A stretch of 56,857 bases of DNA, filler included, from Stramenopiles sp. TOSAG23-2 (Eukaryota), in the NCBI GenBank assembly GCA_900128395.1. It is 4 parts of 4 records of this genome, joined end to end, with 100 filler letters (N's around TTAATTAATTAA, not from the genome) between each part and the next. Parts side by side here need not be neighbours in the genome. Positions count along the whole stretch, not along the records: positions 28,540 to 42,653 come from LT649770.1; 3 more parts are not named here. The stretch is one strand, 5' to 3'. The notes under the pieces are model-generated. The model saw nothing but the letters and a program-made list of their open reading frames with translations, made no database searches and was not told the DNA's origin. Each line of letters begins with the position of its first letter. Within the stretch, counting starts at the first letter, position 1. Both the position numbers and the translations under genes were made by a program. Positions 29,640 to 42,280 of this stretch are shown here, one piece after another.

Positions 29640-31967
29640 TTAAATCATGTCACCATCATCATTCTCATCGTAATCTTCATCAGCATTGCTACTTTGCCTA
29701 GTTTCTTCACTTTTATCAGCATCCTCCTCATCATCTCCACCAGGACCTACATTTTTTAATGCTTTTGCTGGTTTTTTCATAAATTTGTTCAAACTCTCAC
29801 CCATATAGTATTCACCCGGTTCATTATTATCTTTATCTCTTAAATATGCGATCAAAATAGTTTCAATTGCCATATCGTATACCGTTAAAAATACACTTGC
29901 TACAAAATGTGCCACCATTGCACATATTAATGTTGGAAACAAAGCATTTGATACGTATGTAGCTTTAGTATCATCCGTATATGTTGTATCCGATGAAAGC
30001 CACAAGTAACATGCGGCAACACATGCTAAATCAATAACAACTTTACCTAACAGCATAACGTATGTGGATATCATAGCAACTAATCCCATTTGTGCTGTAT
30101 TTGTTGTTAATAGACCAAATACAGAAAATGCTGCAGCACAAAAGCTTTTCGAATCCATAATAACTATTACATACGCTTGCCTACAAATGTATTTCACACA
30201 TTTTTCAAAGCACCATAAACAACATGCAACGCATTTAAATATCAATTTTAAAATACAGTTTTTTTTCTGTGCGTTTTGTGATTGTTTATCTAAATATGCC
30301 AATATAGCACGCAATAATTGCACGACTGCAACTAAAAACGACCCAAATGCTACCGAACCAGCATGGAAAAACAATGTACGTTTTACTGCATTTAATATTG
30401 GATTGCCTTTTAATGGTCTGCCATCTTCATCCATTTCCCTTGGACGAAAGTACCAAGTAGTCACTGCACCAGCTATTACCATCAATGCAATACCTTGTAC
30501 AAATTGATTCATCCACAGAAACATAAAGAAATGAAATACAAGTAAATAATCTTTCATTGCAGAATCTGGAACATCCGTTATTCCTGCTGTTGCATTCCCT
30601 GCAGCAGTAGATGCCACTTCAGTAACGCCGCTAACATCTGCCATGGTATATATAGCTGCTGCACCATATAAAAACCATAGAATTAAACCAACAATAATAA
30701 CGCATGGAAATATTGGAAATGCCATTAATAAAGGCATTTCACCAATTGCTTTCGATGCCTCTTGTATAATAGCAGCAGCGATGTTAATTTTCTTGCCAAA
30801 ATACGCAGTTAACATAAATTGTACGATTGTTAATATCAACATAATGTACGCACATGCTTTCCATAGATCTTGAGATGTTGTATCAACTTCAATTGTACCA
30901 GTTGTCGCTTGCAGAGGATTGTCAATCATTCCAGCTTTAACAAAGAAAAACAATGTTACCAATACATATAATACAAGAACCAATGCGACAATTGTCCATA
31001 CCATACAACGTGCAAATTTCTTCAATAGAAATAACCATGCAAAGCCCATTGCTGTTGCGAAGCCTACGCCAATAACCATAATAACCATGAAACCATTTCG
31101 GATATCACCTAAATAACGACCAAATATAGTAGCAAATGTATTTAATTGTTCCATGAGGAAATTTTTTTGTGCTGGTTGTTGTGATTGTATTGTCTTAATC
31201 ATGGTTTTGCATTTGGATGCTTCATCTGTACCATATGGCTTATCTCTAATCTCTGCACCTGCATCAACAATTCCATCGGCATCATTATCACAGCCATAAA
31301 ACGTACTTTCATTGTAATTTGGAAAGCAACGAAAAAACGTTTCTTTACCAGCTATATCATTGTACCAACATTTTTGCATTAATGTGCCACAATCAATACT
31401 TGTACCAGCAATATTTGCAACAACACTATTCCATTGGCTTGCAACAACAATTCCTTCATTTCCAAGACGGCAAGCATCCAGTTTTGCAATGAATGCAGCT
31501 GATAGATCCGATCCTGGTGTTTCTATAGGATCTTGTTGAAGAAGAATATCATCGGTGCACGTATACGTTTGTGCTTTTGGGCATTCTGTTACACATACGC
31601 CTGTAAACTTCAACGCGGTTGGATCAGTAAAGTCAATACCATCTTTCACCATTTGTATAACGTCGTCATTCATTCTTGGATAAGTTATTTGAATCCTGTT
31701 TGTCATATCACATTTACTTGAATTGTCTTTGTCATACGGACATGTTGTTAAGTGATTATTTGCGCTACCACACGTAACACCAGTATAATCTGTGCCATAC
31801 AATAATGATTCTGGATTACCAGCATTCATACCAATAATACCAACTACAAAACCAACAACAACACAAGCTATAAATACAGCAAGTGGAATTAAGTCTGTCA
31901 CACCATGTTTAGTTTCATTTGCATTATAGTGTTTCTTTTCATTTGGATCTGTTTTAGATCGACACAT
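29640..31967 (-). CDS. Choline transporter-like protein (CTL/SLC44 family), 775 aa
   Basis: TDLIPLAVF, GNPESLLYGTDYTGVTCG, CVTECP, RCFP, KINIAAAIIQEASKAI, FHAGSVAFGSFLVAVVQ, CCLWCFEKCVKYICRQAY, FLTVYDMAIETILIAYLRD; about 10 TM segments. Confidence 0.92.
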   Translation of the reverse strand: MCRSKTDPNEKKHYNANETKHGVTDLIPLAVFIACVVVGFVVGIIGMNAGNPESLLYGTDYTGVTCGSANNHLTTCPYDKDNSSKCDMTNRIQITYPRMNDDVIQMVKDGIDFTDPTALKFTGVCVTECPKAQTYTCTDDILLQQDPIETPGSDLSAAFIAKLDACRLGNEGIVVASQWNSVVANIAGTSIDCGTLMQKCWYNDIAGKETFFRCFPNYNESTFYGCDNDADGIVDAGAEIRDKPYGTDEASKCKTMIKTIQSQQPAQKNFLMEQLNTFATIFGRYLGDIRNGFMVIMVIGVGFATAMGFAWLFLLKKFARCMVWTIVALVLVLYVLVTLFFFVKAGMIDNPLQATTGTIEVDTTSQDLWKACAYIMLILTIVQFMLTAYFGKKINIAAAIIQEASKAIGEMPLLMAFPIFPCVIIVGLILWFLYGAAAIYTMADVSGVTEVASTAAGNATAGITDVPDSAMKDYLLVFHFFMFLWMNQFVQGIALMVIAGAVTTWYFRPREMDEDGRPLKGNPILNAVKRTLFFHAGSVAFGSFLVAVVQLLRAILAYLDKQSQNAQKKNCILKLIFKCVACCLWCFEKCVKYICRQAYVIVIMDSKSFCAAAFSVFGLLTTNTAQMGLVAMISTYVMLLGKVVIDLACVAACYLWLSSDTTYTDDTKATYVSNALFPTLICAMVAHFVASVFLTVYDMAIETILIAYLRDKDNNEPGEYYMGESLNKFMKKPAKALKNVGPGGDDEEDADKSEETRQSSNADEDYDENDDGDMI

Positions 31968-32320
31968 TTTCTACGTATGTATATATTTCTATCTTTTTCC
32001 ACTAAAACAAGGAATGGTAATACGTGTAAAATGGTAAAAATAAAGTCAATAATACGCATATATATATATATATAAGTGTTTATTATTATTTACATATATG
32101 TTTAAGTATTATACTACATGATATTTTTTCAATAGTACCTAGTAGTAATCCAGGTAATCTGGTAATAAAATTCTTCTTATTACATCAAAAAAGTCTGGGA
32201 ATAACTCCGTTTTATTAGGGTTTTGTATCAATTTAGCATGAAATAGTATTATAGTCGATAGAGTTAGAAATGTCAGTTTTGCTTTTTTATAATATGCACC
32301 TTTTTTTTTTTTATTATTTT

Positions 32321-32335
32321 NNNNNNNNNNNNNNN
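32321..32335. other. Intra-scaffold assembly gap (15 N)
   Basis: N run without the TTAATTAATTAA core, next to a poly-T tract. Confidence 0.9.
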
Positions 32336-32910
32336 ACTGTCAGTTATGCCTACATGTCCATGTGGATCAGCTATCAGCTATCAGTATAAGCTACAGTATA
32401 CAGTATACAGTATACAGTATACACATAACACATCACAGTTAAAATTTTAAACTAGCTTTTTGTGAACCCTACGTTAAATTTATATGAAAATATTATAAAG
32501 AAACGCTACTACAGAAAATATAAAGTTATTTACAGTAGGGGTTCTTTTGATGTTAATTTCCTACAACATTGTCTGTATGTGTATACTTACAGTACGTATG
32601 TTCGTATTGATTTTGCTAAATGTCTCCTATTTCTTAATTCCAACAGTTTTTTTGGTTTCACTTTGTATTTACTTGCTACTTCCATTATTTGATGGCAGTT
32701 ATTATAGCAACTATTTTTGTTGGTTTGTTGTTAGTTACATTTTTTTTTTTTGCCATTAGACTATAAATATTTATTTTTTTTTATTATTATTATTATTACT
32801 CTAGTAGAAAGAATGTAGGAATATATATACAATCACTCTCATAAAACTGGTTTAACTTTATGAAAGATAACACTTTTTCTCCTTGGCTTCTAAATATATA
32901 CTCTTTATAT

Positions 32911-32942
<32 letters not shown>

Positions 32943-32958
32943 CACATCATCCCAAAGT

Positions 32959-34401
32959 ATGGGTGTAAAATTATCCATATATAATTTAGATGATATATCA
33001 GATAGTATATTACTAGATATATTGCATAAGTCAGTATTAGATTTGCAAGAATTATGTGCGTCACATCAAGCTATATCAATAGCACATGGTCGACCTGTAT
33101 TGTACCGAACACAATTTCAGTCATTATTTTCATTTAAACAATCCGATATATTGTTTTTAAAATTTGATAGCGATAAGGATGGTAAAGTTGATTTTTTTGA
33201 GGTCATGTCTGTATTGATACTGTGCAGTAGAGTATCACCGTTAGCGAAAATACGAATGGTATTTCAGCTATTTGATTTAGGCGGTAAGGATATGTTAAAT
33301 AAAAGTGAAATGACGCTTTTGGTATTATGTCTGTTAAAAGGCTTAAGCAAAGTATGTACTGTACCGTTACCGAAGGAAGAAGATGTTGAATTAGCAGTAA
33401 AAGGTGCGTTTCGTAAAATATGGCAACAAGATATGTCCAAATTATTAAGTGATTTAGATGTTGAGAATAATCCTGAATATGTACAACAAATAACAATGCA
33501 TCCAAATATAAAACATAATGGTCCTCACGTTGGGTTTTCCTTGTTTAGTGCATGGATACGCAGTCGATCAGATATATGCCAACTGTTTCAAACATTTTCA
33601 TTATCTGCTACGACGCAAGTACAAAATGAACGATTGAAAGAAAAAGTATATAAGTATAATAAATTAAATCCAGATGCATATAAAAAAGCAGATAGTAGAC
33701 GTAATAAAGTTGCAAGTAAATTTGGTGGTAAATTTTTAAACAAAGCTGGTAAAGGAAATAAAAAAGTTAAAACATTCAAACGAAGTGACGCTATTATACT
33801 ATGGCAAGTATTTCATAGTTTTAGAAAAGATAAACGTGGGCGTGTAAATTGTTTAGCATTTAAAGATGAATTGTTGTCTCATGGATTTAATGAATATGTG
33901 AAAGTTTTATTTCAACATATTAGTGAAACTGATTTATACGATACATTTTTTTCCTTTATTGATTTATTACAAAAAATGCATCCTGAATCACCTCATGAAG
34001 AGTTAACAACTATGGCACACGATGCATCGCATCATCATGCAAGTACGGATCCTGGATTCGATCGTGTATTTATTGATTCTGATCAACGCAAAGAAATCAA
34101 TGAATTATTATCTTTGTATGATGAAGAAGCACATGGTGTCATGACGGTTACGGAAATTATTGCTATTATTTGTGCCAATGGTTATTTTCAAAATGATAAA
34201 GTAAGCACAATGTTTGAAGAGGAAGGTTTACCACCTGATGAATATTTATCCAAAATGGAATGTAAAAATATATTTGCAAAAAATTTTAGAATTACACAAC
34301 AAAATGTACCCGGCGATGAGGATGGTAGTGATAGTGGTAGTGACTTTGATGATGATGGTGGTACTACGGAAACTGGTAGTTATGTTACAAGTAGATCGTG
34401 A
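32959..34401 (+). CDS. EF-hand calcium-binding protein (calcineurin-B/NCS-like N-terminal pair), possibly N-myristoylated, 480 aa
   Basis: Canonical loop FDSDKDGKVDFFE, then KIRMVFQLFDLGGKDMLNKSE; further degenerate EF-like segments C-terminally. ORF-track N-terminus translates a (TA)n tract; likely start is MGVKLS at 32959 (MGxxxS). Confidence 0.75.
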   Translation: MGVKLSIYNLDDISDSILLDILHKSVLDLQELCASHQAISIAHGRPVLYRTQFQSLFSFKQSDILFLKFDSDKDGKVDFFEVMSVLILCSRVSPLAKIRMVFQLFDLGGKDMLNKSEMTLLVLCLLKGLSKVCTVPLPKEEDVELAVKGAFRKIWQQDMSKLLSDLDVENNPEYVQQITMHPNIKHNGPHVGFSLFSAWIRSRSDICQLFQTFSLSATTQVQNERLKEKVYKYNKLNPDAYKKADSRRNKVASKFGGKFLNKAGKGNKKVKTFKRSDAIILWQVFHSFRKDKRGRVNCLAFKDELLSHGFNEYVKVLFQHISETDLYDTFFSFIDLLQKMHPESPHEELTTMAHDASHHHASTDPGFDRVFIDSDQRKEINELLSLYDEEAHGVMTVTEIIAIICANGYFQNDKVSTMFEEEGLPPDEYLSKMECKNIFAKNFRITQQNVPGDEDGSDSGSDFDDDGGTTETGSYVTSRS

Positions 34402-34860
34402 GATGAAGGTGTGTGTTATATAATATTTAAAATATTATAAAATTAATAAAAATATGAATAAAGAGTATAATATTTTATCGAGATAATAAAATATTCGTAT
34501 ATGATACTTTTGATACTTTTGTATACGTGAATATTATGGTGCATGGTGCAGTGTGTGTGTGTAGAGACTGATATATTTTATTTTTTAGTACACGTATTTT
34601 TATACGAAAATAATAAATTAAAAATGTACGAGTGTTCGTATAATTTAAAATCAAAATTTATCTACTTTTTAAAATTTACTTTTTACCAGAGGAGTGTGGT
34701 ATGATACATATATTAATCTTTAGATTCATTTTCTTATGATGTGACCCTATACTAATAATTATTTTTTTTACGAACATACTATTTTTTTATTATACTCTTC
34801 GTATATTTTTTTTATAAAAATCTCTTCCTCTCTCTCTTCCTTCTCCACCCTTCTTGTTTC

Positions 34861-36725
34861 TTACTTCATCTCTATTAACACACGCATGATTTTATTTTGA
34901 TCATCAAGACTAAGTTTACTATGTTCTTTATATAAATCTTGCGGTAAATATCCTAATCGTTTCAATTCTGGATCGGAATTGATTAATTTTTTGTAATGAT
35001 CTACACCCCAAATTTTCGTAATATCAACTTTAACCTCTTCAGGATTTTCTTCGTCGCTTTTCCCACCGCCATGGATTGGCGGCAATCCTAAATGTACCTT
35101 GGATGAACTTTTAAATGGTGAACGATGATAACGTTTTGTTATATATCTACCACTTTTATCAGTATCCAATTGATTATATGGATCTATGGCAAACTTATCA
35201 ATCAATTGTTTCTCATATTGTTTATCGTAACATAATATAGACGTTCGTGGTTTTAAAAATTCATGTAAAATACCAATATCCTTTGCTAATTCAGCAATTG
35301 ATAATGTTGGACCACCTTCACTTATACGTTTACATATATTAATAATTTCATTTTCTTTCCGCATTAACGCTATATCTACTGGTGTTTTGCGTGTATTATC
35401 TGTTCCACATTTATATAATGTTTTTACATTTAAACTTCGTTTATATTTGAAATATAAACATATGAACGCAGCTACATTTCCTTCATATGCGGCATGATGA
35501 ATAGGCAAACGGCCTTTACTATCAAATATTTTAGTTGGATCAAAATATTTATATTTCGTAGTACCTTCCTTTGTACGGTATGTATCTTCAATATATTTTA
35601 TCGATAATAAATATTGTATGACATCATATGGTGTATCACTTGTAATACAATGCAAACATGTCCATCCAATTGGTGATTTAATTGATAATGATTTTGGATT
35701 TAATTCAATCATTTGTTGTATTGTTATCAATGGTGCACCATACATAACAGCTGTCATTAATGGTGTCAATCCATTATAAAGTTCTTCTAAAATTTTAAAA
35801 GACGATATCATCAACTCATTCATATTTGTATATTTCATACCTGTCTTTTCATTTACTAATGGTTGTTCTTTTATTTTACGTTCAATCGCTTCTAAAAATG
35901 GTGTTTTATTATTAGCTTTATCTAATTTCATATCTTTATTGATATAACGTAATTGATTTAATATTTCTAATAAATCTTCTTTATACATAATTTCCAAGAA
36001 TAATGTTTTATTATTGTTGTTGTTATTCGAAGAGGTAGTAGTAGTAGTAGTAGTAGTAGTAATCTTATCGTTGTCATTGTTGTTGCCATCATCCTCATTG
36101 TTGTTCTCTTCTTCTTTTTCTACTTTTTTGATTGGTATAAATAATCGATAATCTTCAATTAAACGTCTATCAAAGATTGATCTACCACCATTACGTAAGC
36201 ATTGTTTAAAGATTAATTTTATAATATGTATTGGTCTTGTATCACGCCATGCACCTGTTGCTTTCCATAAACATCGACATTTTTTTGGACCTGTATATTA
36301 TTATTATTATTATTATGCAACAAGTATGTGTGTGTATATATGTTGTATAAATTAATTAGTGTTAGATTTATATAATAATGATGTTTGGTTTTATATGTGT
36401 TCAAATCATACTTACATTTTCCATGATTTGAACATGAACTTGATGCAATGGATGCTTTACATGTACATGGTGTTTCAATCACTTTTCTTTTTAATTTTCT
36501 AACATCACGTTTGGAGAAAGGATGATGTTGCTTTTTTTTCTCATTAATTTGTAATTGTATAAACTCATATTTTTCACATTTTTGACAAGTACTATAATGT
36601 ACTTTATGATGTTTTAATTGATACGATGGTCCAGGTTTTTGTGTTTTTCCACCATAATTATTATTATTATGGTATTTCATTTGATCATCATTGTCTTCAT
36701 TACCAGGTAATGTTGATATATCCAT
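34861..36725 (-). CDS. Spliced ankyrin-repeat protein complement(join(34861..36290,36416..36725)), 579 aa, with Cys-rich N-terminus
   Basis: Ankyrin motifs GLTPLMTAV, GWTCLHC, GRLPIHHAAYEG, KTPVDIA. Phase-1 intron joins ORFs 36219-36725 and 34861-35997 in frame (..SNHGKC|PKKCRCLW..LFLEIM). Confidence 0.8.
36291..36415 (-). other. Spliceosomal GT-AG intron (125 bp, phase 1)
   Basis: Minus-strand GTAAGT at 36415, CTAAC (plus-strand GTTAG 36361-36365), CAG acceptor ending 36291; restores an open frame. Confidence 0.85.
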
Positions 36726-37724
36726 AGCGTTTGTTTGTTTGCTTGTTTGTTGTTGTCGTGTTAGTGATTATTTGTTGTTGTTATTTACGATTTTTATTAT
36801 ATATTATGGATGAATGGATGGAATAAATATTATGGTTGATGATCAATATTATTCTTATTCTTCTTCTTCTTATTATTATTATTAATTATTATTATTGGTG
36901 ATGGTTGTATAACTATTTATCTATTCTACTATTATTGACTTTTACTAAATGAATTCACAAAGTAGTTATTAACCTATCTATGTATCTATCTATCTATCTG
37001 ATACACTCTCAGTTGCATATATATTGATACGATTTCCGCCATAAACGATTTCCGCCATAAACGATTGCTGCATTGCTGCATTGCTCATATTTAATTTGTT
37101 ATTTGTTGCGTTGAACGGTTGAAGAACGAAAAAAAAGAAGAAATTGATAGGCATGAATAAATGGTATACTAAGAATAATCAATGTTGTATGTGTATTATT
37201 AGGGAAGGTAGAGTTGTACTTAGAGAAATCGATGTTGATATTTTTTTTTTATTTTTATTTTTTGTGAAGTTGTTTTTATGGGAAGTGGGAAGATGTTCGT
37301 TAAGTGCAAAAAGGTGCTATGTCTATGGTAGGTTGTATTTGGTCCCGGACGTTGTTTAAGGTTGAAGGATATTGTTTAAGGATATTAGACTCTCAATTAA
37401 AATGAAATATGAAGTTTTTGATGCTATGTATATGTTATTTCTCTTATTTCTTTTTCATACGTATCGAGTTAGAGTGTGTTTCCTAGGAAACTGGAAATTG
37501 CTATGATTTATCACTCGATCCGATATCGTCCATTTGCCAGATGTGCTTTCAAAACTGATGGGAAGATGAAATAAAAACACAATCATATATGTAAATGTTT
37601 TTACACTCTCAACTTTCAACGCATTCGTGTTTCACACACACCACAGTACCCGATATATATATATTATATATTATACGCATCTCTGTCTTTCCCCCCTCCT
37701 ATTTTCTCTTTCTCTCTCCCCCCC

Positions 37725-38270
37725 TCACACCACATCATTCATTAAAAATATATGATATAATTTCATTTTCAATTCTTCAATACGATGTGGTTCCCCATTA
37801 ATTGGTAATTTTAATGTTACATTGGATAAAATATTATTATGAACAATATCATTTCGTTGTTTCTTTTTTCTATCGTTTAAAGGTTGTTGATTGTTGTTAT
37901 TGTTTGATAACAACAATCCCGATGTAATAATTGGCTCAACAATTTGTCTTTGACTACCACCAGCCCATGCTTGTGTTAATCGATGACCAGATGGATCACT
38001 AGCAAATATTGCATCTTGTTCTTCTACACATAATGGATCATACATAATAATCACTTTAATTTTATTTATTAATGATTGTAATGATTTTAAATTTTGTTCA
38101 TATACCATTCGTATTTGTTCTTGTTGTTGTTTCTTTTCATTCGTGGCATTATCCATAATGTCATCTGTATGTGATGATGGTGATAATCCATATGATTTAT
38201 CTTTCAATAAACGTGTAAGCATGTTTACTACATTGTATTGTGTCGCTTCAATATTAATATTCTTCGCCAT
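37725..38270 (-). CDS. Hypothetical protein, 181 aa
   Basis: ATG preceded by a CAA-rich leader like other genes here; codon usage and poly-N/Q tracts match neighbouring genes; no recognised domain. Confidence 0.6.
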   Translation of the reverse strand: MAKNINIEATQYNVVNMLTRLLKDKSYGLSPSSHTDDIMDNATNEKKQQQEQIRMVYEQNLKSLQSLINKIKVIIMYDPLCVEEQDAIFASDPSGHRLTQAWAGGSQRQIVEPIITSGLLLSNNNNNQQPLNDRKKKQRNDIVHNNILSNVTLKLPINGEPHRIEELKMKLYHIFLMNDVV

Positions 38271-39291
38271 GTGTTTGTTGGTTTGTGTCTTGGTTTGTGT
38301 TATTATGATATTGTTTCACTTGAAATTCTTTTATATTTATATCAGTCAAAGATCTATTTGTATTCCTACATGCAATACATTTATCCATTTGTATATATAT
38401 GTCACACATCAATCGGTATATGTATGATATATATGTATGATATATATATATGTGTTTATGTAAATGTGTACTATTCCTATTAGGGATAATAAGTTGATGA
38501 TATTAGCTACTGATCGTATGAGAGAGAGTGTGTATTTTATGATATAATATTATATATATGGTAATAGTATAAGGAGATGCAATATAATATAGCTGTGGAG
38601 GTAGTGTAAATTGAAAAGAAGGGAAATGATGTCTTATTTATATCCGTAATAGGACGTCCAGAACAACGTATTTTATGTCATTTGTCATGATATGTCATGT
38701 AACGATTTCAACTGTATCAATAAATAGTAGGATCATAGCACAAGGGAAGGAAGAGTATAAAATGTGTTAATGTAGTATAGATTATCTAAATACAGGATAC
38801 AGGCAGGCTGGGCGGCTGGGCAGGCATACAGGCATTCATCAACAGTCATAAAATCAAAATGTGGCTTTTTATCTTCGTCTCCCGACTCCTTTCTTGGTGG
38901 CTAATGATGGATCCATGGTCCATGGTAAATGGTAAATGGCACTCTATAAATGACGTATTATCGGATATTTATAATTAATATAATATTATTGATATTTTAA
39001 TCATTTTAATATTTACATTATACATTATATAATTTATAGAACAGAATGAAATTATAATAAATATTTATTTAAATGGATTTATTAGTGATAAAAATAATTC
39101 TCTTCTCTCGCACATCTCAGAACTCAGCAGAAGAGATAAGAGATCATCAGAGATCAAGAGATCATCTTATTGATAAAAAGATATGCGAGTGTGTGTGTGT
39201 AATGGGTTAGGTGGTGTACAAAATACATTTGAAGGAAAATATATTCATTCAATCCATATATATATATATATATATATCAACTACTACAAAC

Positions 39292-41632
39292 ATGAAATTG
39301 AAAAAAAGAATAATCATTTTATTATGGTGGTATGATATCGTTTATTATTTACTTGCCACCACCATTACCATCACCACCACCTCCTCATTACCAATACCAG
39401 TTCATGCTGATGAAAAAGAGACGAACATAATCATAAATAATAATAATAATAATAATAATAACACATGTATAAATGTTAATACAACAACGAAAAAATATCA
39501 TTCTCTTGTCTTACAAGGTGGTGGTGTTCGTGGAGCTGTATGTTAATCTATAATATATATATAACAAAAAAGTAAAACATAATCTAACAAATAAATATTC
39601 ATACATACAACTATAAATATAGATCTATCCTGGTGCATTAATTGCACTCGAAGAAGCACATTTATTAAAAAATATTAAACAATTTGCTGGTACATCAGCA
39701 GGTAGTGGTACAGCTGCATTTTTAGCAATTGGTTTATCCGTATGTGATATATTTAAAGTAATGGAAGAAACCAATTTTAAAGATTTAGTTGATTTTTCAT
39801 TACCAAAAACATTAAAACGTGCTATATTCGGAAGTAAGTACATACAAACATACATACATACCTACACGTTCAACTATAATGTATTATATATATAACTAAC
39901 AATAAACAACAATTATAATATTATTATGATATCAAACACAACAGTTGATACATTTAATTTTTTTAATGATTTTGTTAGTAAAAAAGGTTTTTTTAATGGG
40001 GATAAATTAGAAAAACAATTTGATTTAGTCATTCAACGTAAATTATGTAGTGAATATTTTAATACAGATTTTAATGACTTTACAAATGAAGATATGGAAA
40101 CAAATACAACATGTAAACAATTTCAACATGCAACATTTATACAAGTATTTGGTGGTGGTGGAAATGATGAAAATAATATTTTTACAACAAAATCATTTTG
40201 GAAATCAAAATTTCAAAAAATTTATAATAGTTATAATAATAATAATAATAATAAAAACAAACAACAACAACAACAATCACCACCACCAAAATATGATTTA
40301 AAACGACGAAATTCAATTGATTTACGTTTAACTGCATTTGATATTACAAATGGTATGTTAAAATGGTTTGATAAAATAAATACACCAAATATGCCAATAA
40401 GCAAAGCAATACGTATTAGTAGTGGTATACCATGGATATTTGAACCCGTTTTATATCAAGGGAATTTATATGTTGATGGTGGTGTTTTAAGACGTATGCC
40501 AATTGATGCATTTCAAGTAAATGAACATAAACATATGTTAGTATTGAAAATAAGTAGTGATTTTCAACCAATTAAACCAGAACAATTGAAACATATGAGT
40601 ATGATGGAATATACTGGTAAATTGTTACGTACGATTACAATGCAAAGTCAAGATTTAGATTTAATACAACGTGCAAAAGATAAGATGAAAGGGCAAATGC
40701 ATTTTATTGATTTTACTATGATGAAACATATGCGTAAACAAAGTGGTATTGAATTTGATATATCATTTTATAAAAAAGCACGTATGGTAGAAACTGGTTA
40801 TAAAATTATGTGGAATCATATATTAGAATGCGATTCTAATAATAGTGAAAACAATATAACTACTACTTCATTTAAAGCATTGAAAAAAATAATTACAATG
40901 GATTTAATACATAATTATATTATGAATAATAATAATAATATGATATTGAAACACAATGGTGGCGATGATAAGAAAAAATTAATATCATCTTTATCATGTG
41001 CATCAAATAAAAATTGGATTGATAACATGTATAAAAAAGCAAATGAAAATGATATCATCAATGGTAATGTTAAAGATAGTACTAGTAGTAAAAACAATAA
41101 TAATGATATAGAACATGATTATAAAATGGAACGTAATCTTGCTATTTTAATCTGTTTAACATTAGTATTATCCATATGTCTTGGTAAATTACGTAATTTA
41201 TCACATATTATATTGTTAAATCAATTTAGTAATATTGAGACAACATGTTGTAAGCATTGTCAACGTAATTGGGTACCATCTGAATTATCATATGTACGTG
41301 TTAATAAATTAACAAAAGAGGAAATCATTGAAGCATTAAAAGTACGTGGTTTCGTGGATGATGATGGCATTCATGATAAAGATGATGACGAAGAATATGA
41401 TATGAAATTATTACGTCAAAAATTAAAACACTGCGTTTATGTAGAAAACATATCATTTAAACGTCCATGGTCGTTTTTATATCATAGTAGTGTATGTCCA
41501 TGTAGATGGAGTAAAGATTTTCCAATCAATGAATGGGTTGTATTATTTGTTGCCATGTGGTATTTAATGTCTATCACATGGACAGTAAATAATATCTTAG
41601 GAAAGAAAGAGGTTGGTAATGGTGAATTGTGA
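39292..41632 (+). CDS. Spliced patatin-like phospholipase join(39292..39537,39623..39833,39945..41632), 714 aa, N-terminal signal-like segment and two C-terminal TM segments
   Basis: Splicing assembles all patatin motifs: LVLQGGGVRGA|IYPGAL (oxyanion), FAGTSAG (nucleophile Ser), AIRISSGIP, YVDGGVL (catalytic Asp). Exon 2 is absent from the ORF track. Confidence 0.88.
39538..39622 (+). other. Spliceosomal GT-AG intron (85 bp, phase 0)
   Basis: GTATGT donor, CTAAC 39584-39588, TAG acceptor. Confidence 0.88.
39834..39944 (+). other. Spliceosomal GT-AG intron (111 bp, phase 1)
   Basis: GTAAGT donor, ACTAAC 39895-39900, CAG acceptor; frame matches the 39926 ORF. Confidence 0.88.
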
Positions 41633-42280
41633 GCGGATTATATATTTTATCTTGAGAGAATGTTGTGGTGTGTGGTGGGTGTGTGATGGTGTGGTATATA
41701 TAAAAACCCGACGTCCAGCGTGTTCAACGAGTACGCGCGGAAGGATAGAGTAAAATTATTACGTATATATAACTTAGATTTTAACCGTATCAAATAATGT
41801 ATTATATAAAAAAAAAGTAAAATTTTTATTTTTTGAGATATGGAGATGTCCCCATACTCTCTGATAAATAGTAAAAATAGCATGGACACACCACCATTAA
41901 TATTAATATGAATATATCATTTGACACCAGCCTTTTTCCTGGCCATCGCTACTCTCCGCTCAATAAACAAAAAGATACAAAAAAGTAAAAAAATAAAACA
42001 GCACAGCATTGAAAAATTAATAAAGATTATAAGAGCAAGTGCAAGAATCCAACAACTATTATTATTAATATTTCATTCATTCATTAATAAATATACATTA
42101 TTCTATATATGATCTTCTACGCGTTTACTTTACATAAACATATCTATTTATATAGAGAGATACACACGTATTACAACCCATATATACATACATTTATATA
42201 TAGATAGATATATTTCAAATACAACTACACAATATATTACAAGTCCAATTATATATATATAGTAGTAGTAATATTACATA

